Of a stretch of DNA of 64,000 nucleotides, positions 53,431-64,000 are shown in pieces. Every line of letters begins with the position of its first letter. Position 1 is the stretch's first letter. The position numbers were made by a program, and so were the translations under genes. The stretch lies in assembly GCF_009914755.1 (NCBI RefSeq), contig NC_060926.1. One strand, written 5' to 3'. This DNA is from the human T2T-CHM13v2.0 reference genome, Homo sapiens. Below the pieces are notes generated by a model that was given only the letters and a program-made list of their open reading frames with translations, searched no databases and was not told the DNA's origin.

Positions 53431-53730
53431 CCCTACTCTGTGTTGTAGCCCACCACAGGCTTAAACTCAGGCAACAGCTGGGCCAGTCCATGTTCTGAAC
53501 AAGATACCAAAGGTCTCTGAAAGGGAGATTCGGTTGGCGAAAGGCACAGACGCTGCCGGATGACCCCCGGCCATTCTTGGATTCATGGGGATGATGTACT
53601 GACCGGATTCTGGGAAATAAGCCAACGTGTAGAATAGCGTTGTCAAGATTACACAACAAAATTAGCTGTCAAATATGAATTGATTATTCTAATGTATCAT
53701 AGAAATGCAAATTAAGAAATGACATCATGT
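53148..53730. promoter_or_regulatory. E-box cluster plus octamer/MEIS/CRE-like motifs, candidate neuronal enhancer
   Basis: CAGCTG at 53206, 53277, 53414, 53475; CACCTG 53148; CAGGTG 53271; CATCTG 53286; CACGTG 53420; CTGTCA 53666; ATGCAAAT 53705; TGACATCA 53720. Confidence 0.4.
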
Positions 53731-55366
53731 ACGAAAAGATGCAATATAATGACCAAAGAATACCCACTAAAAGGCTGGTTAGAGGGTATTTGGCAAAGCT
53801 AACAAAGGGTTTACATTCATTAACTTAGCGCTTCCATTACTGGGCGATACTGGGCCACCTGGGTGACATCTCTGAGTCTTACCTGCCTGAGTGATCAAGG
53901 GAGGAAGGTCAGACCAGCCTGGCTTGATGTGGCGTGGCCCAATTTAGAAAGGGTGTCAGTGGCCAAGGGCTCCTGCAGTGAAAGCTCATTATACATGGCA
54001 GCTAAGGTGATTTTTACTTTAGAGCTCAGGAGCCATAAGCAAATGTAAAACTGAAGAATGTCACTGTGTTATTATTGTTTCTGCTTGGATGCTTCCTCAT
54101 ATTCAATTTTGCTGTCTTGTAGAGGTGAGTTCTATCACATGTGGGGTCATAATGCTGAGTTACCTAGAACAATGCTTACCTGAATACTTTGCAATGCTTA
54201 GCCAATAAGCTTTTGACTCATGCTTTGCCCTGCTCCTTCAGGCAAGCACAGAGCAGATGCTGGAAGAATGAAGGGCATGGGCCCCTTGGTCTAGCATCTG
54301 GGTCTGGCACAGTGCTTGGTGCCAGCACCGATCAGCTTGGTCAGGGAGTGAGCACATGCTCGTAGCCCAAACCAGGCTCAGGCTCTGCAGGAGGAGCCTG
54401 GTGTGGAAAGAGCAGGAGGCTGTGGGATTGTGGGGTTCATGCCCAGGGACCTCTTACACTTATGCCTAAAGCAGTGTCAGGATTGAAACTTTGGGGGCAG
54501 AATTGAAGGGACTGAATAGTAGATCGACAGTCCCATCATTTTGAAGGTCAGATAGTGACAAGAGGGAGGCTAGGAATCTATGTAGTGGCAGAGTAGGAAA
54601 AGAAAATGAAGGTTCTGCAAGACACTGAAATGACAGATTTTGTCTGAGTTCTGCACTTGAAAGGAGAATTTTAGAGGAAATTAAAAAAAATGAAGTAATA
54701 TTTTGTGTATGGTGACAAAAATTATCATCATGGTTCTGAAATATGCTCTTGTCAGGAGTATGGTATAAGATAAAGATCAGACTTAGTATTGGAGACATGG
54801 CCACAAACATTGATTTGTCAATAAAACCATCTTTCATTGATTCAATAGACTTTTCCTGGGAACCATCCTGTGTGCCAGGAACTAGGGACATCAGGACAAA
54901 GCACTTTATGTCTTCAAGGATCTTACCATCCAATGGGAGACGCAAAGGAAAAAACATTCATTAACTCGTTGTTAAGAGGCCCAGAAGGGGAACATCATAA
55001 CCAGGAAAATGAGGGGGACACATTGGGGGGCTTCTGTGAGGAAGTGATGGTTAAAGGACACCTTTTTTGAGACAATCACTTGGTCTCTCTAAGCCTCGGT
55101 ATCCGTACTATAAATTAGGTACTAGGATGAATGCTTTTTAAAATTCTTTTAAACTCAAGTATTACAGAACTTTTTAAAAAGCTTCAGTTTAGCATCTTGG
55201 TATTAACAACTCAGAATAAAGAATCTGACTAAATGTATCAAAAAGAGAAAGGTAATATTTTATTGAACTATAATTACACAAGGCAAATATTTGGGCTAAA
55301 GTGACTAGTGAATGACATTCGTGACTGTCTAACATATTCATGTCCATACACATGTGTATGCCTGTG

Positions 55367-55721
55367 TGTATTCATCCATTCGCATGCTGCTAATAAAGAC
55401 ATACCCAAGACTGGGTAATTATAAAGGAAAGAGGTTTAATGGACTCACAGTTCCACATGGCTGGGGAGGCCTCACAATCATGGCGGAAGATGAAGAAAGA
55501 GCAAAGTCACGTCTTACATGGCGGCAGGCAAGAGAGCTTGTGCAGGGGAACTCCCATTTATAAAACCATCAGATCTCATGAGAGTTATTCACTACCACAA
55601 GAACAGTATGGGGGAAACCACTCCCATGATTCAATTATCTCCACCTGGTCCCACCCTTGACACTTGCAGGTTGTTACAATTTAAGGTGAGACTTGGGTGG
55701 GGACACAGCAAAGCCGTATCG
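55367..55721 (-). mobile_element. MaLR solo LTR (THE1B/C-like)
   Basis: tgtatt..tccatt...ctgctaataaagacataccc...gggtggggacacagc...tatcg. Confidence 0.88.
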
Positions 55722-56193
55722 ATGTGCATATGACAGATACAGACATCTGCACACACACACACAGTATAGCTTTCCACACATGAAATGACTTGGATTTGAA
55801 ATTAGGTTTATGTACATACAATAATCCAGGTTGTATTTCACTGAAAATATATTCAATGTTACCTTCAAAATTACTAACTGAAAAGTCTGTATATAATTTA
55901 GAAAGTTATTGGCATTTTATCATTGTTTGCATATCATTCTATATGGACCAAAACCATATTTGTCAAAGTCAAAAAATAATAGCTAATATTTAGCCATTTT
56001 TATTTGCATATCTTATAATTTATATAACTTTTTTACCTGTAATGTAAGGGCTCCTGAGAATAATTTACCTTCTTATAGAGTTCCAGTTACAGCAACAACT
56101 GGCTAATGTACAATTTAGTGTATTTTAAAGTATGAGACCAGAGACCAAGGAAGGAGGCATGTCCTGTAGAGCCTGGTGATGGGCATGAGGAAT

Positions 56194-56490
<297 letters not shown>

Positions 56491-57467
56491 GGAGTTTTAA
56501 ATATAAGTGAAGTTTTAAATTTAGATTCCTGTTTTGTCTCTAAAGCATCTGATTCTTAACTATCATTCATTCGTTCATTTGTTATGTGTATACTCTTTTA
56601 TTCTCTAAATAAAATTGAATGCCTATTATTTGCCAGCTATTGTAATGAGTGATTAAGATTTTTTAAAAATAAGAGAAAGCAGTTGACTTCATTATAATTT
56701 AAACATGTCAATTTTAGATACTTTATTTTTGGTTTTACTAGAAATGTATGTGTAAGCTGAATGTATATCCTTACAAATTATGAAAGAGTGACAAATGCAG
56801 TTTTCTTCAATAGTTTCCTGAGACCAAATTTGTTAATTTGGTAAAACCTGCCTGTAAGTACAATACAGGTGACAAGGAATTATGTCTCAGCCCACACTGA
56901 TATGATGTGTAATCATTTTAGTTGTGCAGCCAGTGGTCCTATTTTGACTTCTAACTAGAATGACTGTAAAATTTGGTGCTCATATATACTCAGTCTAATT
57001 GTTTTTCACTTCTTAAAATTGATTCGGGTTTTAATAAAGTCCGTATTAAATTTTGTCTAAAGCATTAGTTTCTGGTTTCTCACATTGTGAGGACATACTT
57101 ATTTTGCGTTTGTATTAAGCGTGTGCATGACAGCTTTCTGAAATTATGCACCCTTCATCACCAGCTCCAAAAACAGCATGTTTACTCTAATTTCAGCAAA
57201 ACAACTCTTTAACTTCAGAAGTTAAAATTTATTTCTCTGCACATTTTAGAGATGTGGCATGTCAACATCACTGGGATTCAGGGCACCTTGGATGCTCAGA
57301 GCTGTCCAAAATCTTTCTGAATTCACAGTGGCTGTGATACGGAAATGAAGCCACAGGCAAGCTTGCATGAAAGAGGGCTGGGAGAGGTGCTCAGGATGGA
57401 GTGTCAGATAAGGTCTAGTTAACTGGAGAGATGAAGTGGGTTTTCCCATGGTCAAACAGCAAAGCTG

Positions 57468-59584
57468 CCAGAGCAGATTGTAGAAGGAGGGCCTTATACA
57501 CACCCCTCCCAAGTGCCTCTCATCCTGTGGCCCAGAGCAGATTCTAGAAGGAGGGCCTTATACACACCCCTCGCCAGTGCCTCTCATCCTGTGGCCCAAA
57601 GCAGATTCTAGAAGGAGGGCCTTATACACACCCCTCCCAAGTGCCTCTCATCCTGTGGCCCAGAGCAGATTCTAGAAGGAGGGCCTTACACACACCCCTC
57701 GCCAGTGCCTCTCATCCTGTGGCCCAGAGCAGATTCTAGAAGGAGGGCCTTACACACACCCCTCACCAGTGCCTCTCATCCTGTGGCCCAGAGCAGATTC
57801 TAGAAGGAGGGCCTTATACACACCCCCTCACCAATGCCTCTCATCCTGTCGCCCAGAGCAGATTCGAGAAGGAGGGCCTTATACACACCCCTCGCCAGTG
57901 CCTCTCATCCTGTGGCCCAGAGCAGATTCTAGAAGGAGGGCCTTACACACACCCCTCGCCAGTGCCTCTCATCCTGTGACCGAGAGCAGATTCTAGAAGG
58001 AGGGCCTTATACACACACCCTCGCCAGTGCCTCTCATCCTGTGGCTCAGAGCAGATTCTAGAAGAAGGGCCTTATATACACCCCTCGCCAATGTCTCTCA
58101 TCCTGTGGCCGAGAGCAGATTCTAGAACGAGGGCCTTATACACACCCCTCGCCAGTACCTCTCATCCTGTGGCCCAGAGCAGATTCTAGAAGGAGGGCCT
58201 TACACACACCCCTCGCCAGTGCCTCTCATCCTGTGGCCCAGAGCAGATTCTAGAAGGAGGGCCTTATACACACACCCGTTGCCAGTGCCTCTCATCCTGT
58301 GGCCCAGAGCAGATTCTAGAAGGAGGGCCTTACACACACCCTCGCCAGTGCCTCTCATCCTGTGGCCCAGAGCAGATTCTAGAAGGAGGGCCTTACACAC
58401 ATCCCTCCCCAGTGCCTCTCATCCTGTGGCCCAGAGCAGATTCTAGAAGGAGGGCCTTATACACACACCCGTCGCCAGTGCCTCTCATCCTGTGGCCCAG
58501 AGCAGATTCTAGAAGGAGGGCCTTACACACACCCTCGCCAGTGCCTCTCATCCTGTGGCCCAGAGCAGATTCTAGAAGGAGGGCCTTACACACACCCCTC
58601 CCCAGTGCCTCTCATCCTGTGGCCCAGAGAAGATTCTAGAAGGAGGGCCTTACACACATCCCTCCCCAGTGCCTCTCATCCTGCGGCCCAGAGAAGATTC
58701 TAGAAGGAGGGCCTTACACACACCCCTCGCAAGTGCCTCTCATCCTGTGGCCCAGAGCAGATTCTAGAAGGAGGGCCTTACACACACCCCTCGCAAGTGC
58801 CTCTCATCCTGTGGCCCAGAGCAGATTCTAGAAGGAGGGCCTTATACACACACCCGTCGCCAGTGCCTCTCATCCTGTGGCCCAGAGCAGATTCTAGAAG
58901 GAGGGCCTTACACACACCCTCGCCAGTGCCTCTCATCCTGTGGCCCAGAGCAGATTCTAGAAGGAGGGCCTTATACAACCCTCGCCCATGTCTCTCATCC
59001 TGTGACCCAGAGCAGATTCTAGAAGGAGGGCCTTATACACACCCCTCGCCAGTGCCTCTCACCCTGTGGCCCAGAGCAGATTCTAGAAGGAGTGCCTTAT
59101 ACACACCCCCTCGCCAGTGCCTCTCATCTTGTGGCCCAGAGCAGATTCTAGAAGGAGGGCCTTACACACACCCCTCGCCAGTGCCTCTCATCCTGTGGCC
59201 CAGAGCAGATTCTAGAAGGAGGGCCTTACACACACCCCACACCCCTCGCCCGTGCCTCTCACCCTGTGGCCCAGAGCAGATTCTAGAAGGAGGGCCTTAC
59301 ACACACCCCTTGCCAGTGCCTCTCATCCTGTCGCCCAGAGCAGATTCTAGATGGAGGGCCTTACACACACCCCTCGCCAGTGCCTCTCATCCTGTGGCCC
59401 AGAGCAGATTCTAGAAGGAGGGCCTTACACACACCCTCGCCAGTGCCTCTCATCCTGTGGCCCAGAGCAGATTCCAGAAGGAGGGCCTTACACATACCCC
59501 TCGCCAGTGCCTCTCATCCTGTGGCCCAGAGCAGATTCGAGAAGGAGGGCCTTATACACACCCCTCGCCAGTGCCTCTCATCCT
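57468..59584. repeat. VNTR, ~33 x ~64 bp
   Basis: ccagagcagattctagaaggagggcctta(t/c)acacacccctcgccagtgcctctcatcctgtggc; anchors at 57531, 57595, 57659. Confidence 0.96.
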
Positions 59585-60367
59585 ATGGCAACGAGGCAGA
59601 ACTCAGGATGGGACCTGGGGGCACGCCAGGTTAGTCTACTTACAATGCTACTCCCTGAAAAGAACTTTGGCTTTAAGAGGAAAATCATTCTGCAATATGT
59701 GAAGGTGAAATCAGGAACAAACATTAAAAAAAAAAAATCTGGGTTTCACCTTGCTCACGAAATTTGATTTGAGGTCATTACATTCTAATAGAGGTGGGTG
59801 GAGTAGGGGAATCTATTAAATCAACTCTCCAGGGACGGTGATTGGCAATCCCCAGCTGTTTTGTCCCCATTCAGACATGTTTGAAGGACATGGTGCCTGG
59901 AGCAGCCCCAACGGCCCCTGGGGACAGGATGGCACTGTGCCTTGGCTGTGCCCTTGTCAGGAGCTTCTGTGGTGGGGCTGCGATGCCACATGCTTTCCCA
60001 CATCCCAGGTGCATTTCACTCTAGAGTCAAGTCATGGTAATGAGAAGGGGTGCATTACAGAGAGGGTCAGCTCAATTCCGACAAATAAATGCACTTGAAT
60101 TTCCAGAACCTAAGAAATGAAAACATGCCAGGGTGGGAGTTAGGGGCCTGGGTTCTCTCCAGACTCCAGACTAAGTAGCTTCGTTACTGTACACAGGTCA
60201 CTTCATTTTTCTCATTAAATCCCTATTGATTAAGAAGCTGGTTAGTAAGTCGTAGGGACATTGAAGGGAAAGGAGCTAAGCAGAAAACGTCGGTATCGAC
60301 ACAATTCAGGCATATCCTCAAAGTTATGTCCAGCCGACTCGGCATCTCTATGAACACCCACAACTTC

Positions 60368-62678
60368 ATGCGGGTGCAGAAGAGAGCTCCTAACTTCTCC
60401 CCATAATCTCCACCCTCCCAATGCGGGTGCAGAAGAGAGCTCCTAACTTCTCCCCAACAATCTCCACCCTCCAATGCGGGTGCAGAAGAGAGCTCCTAAC
60501 TTCTCCCCAACAATCTCCACCCTCCAATGCGGGTGCAGAAGAGAGCTCCTAACTTCTCCCCAACAATCTCCACCCTCCAATGCGGGTGCAGAAGAGAGCT
60601 CCTAACTTCTCCCCAACAATCTCCACCCTCCAATGCGGGTGCAGAAGAGAGCTCCTAACTTCTCCCCACAATCTCCACACTCCAATGCGGGTGCAGAAGA
60701 GAGCTCCTAACTTCTCCCCACAATCTCCACCCTCCAATGCGGGTGCAGAAGAGAGCTCCTAACTTCTCCCCAACAATCTCCACCCTCCAATGCGGGTGCA
60801 GAAGAGAGCTCCTAACTTCTCCCCACAATCTCCACCCTCCAATGCGGGTGCAGAAGAGAGCTCCTAACTTCTCCCCACAATCTCCACCCTCCAATGCGGG
60901 TGCAGAAGAGAGCTCCTAACTTCTCCCCACAATCTCCACCCTCCAATGCGGGTGCAGAAGAGAGCTCCTAACTTCTCCCCAACAATCTCCACCCTCCAAT
61001 GCGGGTGCAGAAGAGAGCTCCTAACTTCTCCCCACAATCTCCACCCTCCAATGCGGGTGCAGAAGAGAGCTCCTAACTTCTCCCCAACAATCTCCACCCT
61101 CCAATGCGGGTGCAGAAGAGAGCTCCTAACTTCTCCCCACAATCTCCACCCTCCAATGCGGGTGCAGAAGAGAGCTCCTAACTTCTCCCCAACCATCTCC
61201 ACCCTCCAATGCGGGTGCAGAAGAGAGCTCCTAACTTCTCCCCAACCATCTCCACCCTCCAATGCGGGTGCAGAAGAGAGCTCCTAACTTCTCCCCAACA
61301 ATCTCCACCCTCCAATGCGGGTGCAGAAGAGAGCTCCTAACTTCTCCCCAACAATCTCCACCCTCCAATGCGGGTGCAGAAGAGAGCTCCTAACTTCTCC
61401 CCAACAATCTCCACCCTCCAATGCGGGTGCAGAAGAGAGCTCCTAACTTCTCCCCAACAATCTCCACCCTCCAATGCGGGTGCAGAAGAGAGCTCCTAAC
61501 TTCTCCCCACAATCTCCACCCTCCAATGCGGGTGCAGAAGAGAGCTCCTAACTTCTCCCCAACAATCTCCACCCTCCAATGCAGGTGCAGAAGAGAGCTC
61601 CTAACTTCTCCCCACAATCTCCACCCTCCAATGCGGGTGCAGAAGAGAGCTCCTAACTTCTCCCCAACAATCTCCACCCTCCAATGCGGGTGCAGAAGAG
61701 AGCTCCTAACTTCTCCCCAACAATCTCCACCCTCCAATGCGGGTGCAGAAGAGAGCTCCTAACTTCTCCCCAACAATCTCCATCCTCCAATGCGGGTGCA
61801 GAAGAGAGCTCCTAACTTCTCCCCAACAATCTCCACCCTCCAATGCGGGTGCAGAAGAGAGCTCCTAACTTCTCCCCACAATCTCCACCCTCCAATGCGG
61901 GTGCAGAAGAGAGCTCCTAACTTCTCCCCAACAATCTCCACCCTCCAATGCGGGTGCAGAAGAGAGCTCCTAACTTCTCCCCACAATCTCCACCCTCCAA
62001 TGCGGGTGCAGAAGAGAGCTCCTAACTTCTCCCCAACAATCTCCACCCTCCAATGCGGGTGCAGAAGAGAGCTCCTAACTTCTCCCCAACAATCTCCACC
62101 CTCCAATGCGGGTGCAGAAGAGAGCTCCTAACTTCTCCCCAACAATCTCCATCCTCCAATGCGGGTGCAGAAGAGAGCTCCTAACTTCTCCCCAACAATC
62201 TCCACCCTCCAATGCGGGTGCAGAAGAGAGCTCCTAACTTCTCCCCACAATCTCCACCCTCCAATGCGGGTGCAGAAGAGAGCTCCTAACTTCTCCCCAA
62301 CAATCTCCACCCTCCAATGCGGGTGCAGAAGAGAGCTCCTAACTTCTCCCCAACAATCTCCACCCTCCAATGCGGGTGCAGAAGAGAGCTCCTAACTTCT
62401 CCCCACAATCTCCACCCTCCAATGCGGGTGCAGAAGAGAGCTCCTAACTTCTCCCCAACAATCTCCACCCTCCAATGCGGGTGCAGAAGAGAGCTCCTAA
62501 CTTCTCCCCAACAATCTCCACCCTCCAATGCGGGTGCAGAAGAGAGCTCCTAACTTCTCCCCACAATCTCCACCCTCCAATGCGGGTGCAGAAGAGAGCT
62601 CCTAACTTCTCCCCACAATCTCCACCCTCCAATGCGGGTGCAGAAGAGAGCTCGTAACTTCTCCCCACAATCTCCACT
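60368..62678. repeat. VNTR, ~44 x 52/53 bp, highly homogeneous
   Basis: atgcgggtgcagaagagagctcctaacttctcccc(a)acaatctccaccctcca; first unit at 60368, last at 62632. Confidence 0.97.
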
Positions 62679-62689
62679 CTCTGATGTCT

Positions 62690-63510
62690 TCTTTTCCAGG
62701 CAATAGAATCCCATCCACACAGCTCCTCATGGCAGAAACTCGGCAGCCACGCTTCAGTCTTCCTTCCTCTCAGTCCCCCATATCACTGAGTCTTTATGAT
62801 TTTATCTTCAAAACATATCTTGAATTCTTTTTTGTTGATCAATGCAATGATCATAGTCTGAGCTACATCATCGCTCACCTGACTAATGCAGCTGCTTTCT
62901 AATTGGTTTCTCCACTGCCATTCCAGCACCTTGGCATTCAAATCTCCAATCTGTTTAAGCATCAAACTTAAGACATAAACATGTCCCTGGCAGCCTTTTG
63001 TTTTGCAGTCACCAGTAGCTTCCACCACACTTCAATTTAAGACTCATTGTGCCTGTCACCAGGCCCTGCAGGACATGGCTCCTTCCTTGGTCTCTGGTCT
63101 CATTTTGTTCCCTGATGCCAGCCAGTGAGTGATGCAACAACAGAGGCATCCCTTGGTTCTCCCAATACACCTGGCTCAGCAGTGTCCGAGGGTCCTTCCT
63201 GTTCCCTCTGCCTGAAATAGTCCCCCCGCTTAGGGCTGACTCCTTTACTTTAAGCCTCAGCCTAGCTGTGGTTTTCCTTGGAAAAGCAGTTCCAAATCAC
63301 TCCACTTAGACTAAATTTGCCATCTCGTTTGTTCCTCACCACACTGTTTGCTGCCTGCACGATATTCTTATTACAACATGCAATTGTTTTATGTGTCTGT
63401 CTGTTGGTTTCTGCCAACCTTTCTAAGTTCTACGGTAACTGGGAAAGTGCCCACGTTATTTCCCATTGAATCTCTATCACCCAGCACAGAGCATGGCTGA
63501 GACGCCCTTT
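62690..63510 (+). mobile_element. L2 (decayed 3' portion)
   Basis: ttttatcttcaaaacatatc, gttccctctgcctgaaat and tctctatcacccagcacagagcatggc resemble L2. Confidence 0.55.
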
Positions 63511-63638
63511 GGGGTATTGCTGTTGCTAATGAGACTTGAAATCATTTATTTCTCCAGTTATGATGGTGGTTCTCTTGTCCAGGAAAACAAGTAATCAGAT
63601 TCAGTTGATTTTTTTTTTTTTTTTAAACTGTAGCTTTG

Positions 63639-63979
63639 GGCCAGGGACGGCGGCTCATGCCTGTAATCCCAGCACCTTGGGAAGCCAAGGTGGCCAGATC
63701 ATATGAAGTCAGGAGTTTAAGACCAGCCTGGCCAACATGGCGAAACCCCATCTCTACTAAAAATACAAAAACTAGCTGGTCATGGTGGTGCATGCCTGTA
63801 ATCTCAGCTACTTGGGAGGCTGAGTCAGGAGAATCACTTGAGCCCGGGAGGTGGAGGTTGCACTGAGCCAAGATTGTGCCACTTGCACTCCAGCCTGGGA
63901 GACAGAGCCAGACTCCGTCTCAAAAACAAAACAAAACAAAACAAAACCCCCCCAAAAAAACAAAAAAACAAAAAAAAAA
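63639..63979 (+). mobile_element. AluS
   Basis: Full dimer with (caaaa)n tail. Confidence 0.92.
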
Positions 63980-64000
63980 CCCCCTACACACTTCAAACTA

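Noticed and set aside
57468-62678. CRISPR-like appearance and repeated ORFs in the two distal arrays
   Set aside because: Units are contiguous with no unique spacers, the context is eukaryotic, and there are no cas genes.

Overview
Primate (human-like) genomic DNA from inside the MYT1L gene, a neuronal C2HC zinc-finger transcription factor (from recall, subtelomeric 2p25.3), transcribed on the minus strand. Four exons can be read with canonical GT-AG boundaries. One is a 157-nt MIR-derived 5'UTR exon (23224-23380). The other three are the first coding exons (5756-5810, 5554-5587, 5198-5260), which splice to [50 protein letters not shown](S). The rest is intron: Alu, L1, L2, MIR, ERV1/MaLR solo LTRs, a MER44, and four large VNTRs (units of 69, 16, 64 and 52/53 bp). 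Nearly all ORF-track entries are repeat artefacts. The most notable signal is the 69-bp VNTR, which starts exactly at the 5'UTR exon's splice donor and copies that donor 13 more times; using any copy would change the start-codon context from AAG|ATG to TAG|ATG. Other leads: a 44-copy VNTR carrying the MYT1-family core AAGTT in every unit, a GCAUG-rich 16-mer array, a candidate 37-nt ATG-initiated microexon, an E-box/octamer cluster, a 36-bp perfect inverted repeat, and inverted Alus bracketing the coding exon trio. All functional readings are hypotheses. Repeat subfamilies and exon numbers come from recall, not from a database search.
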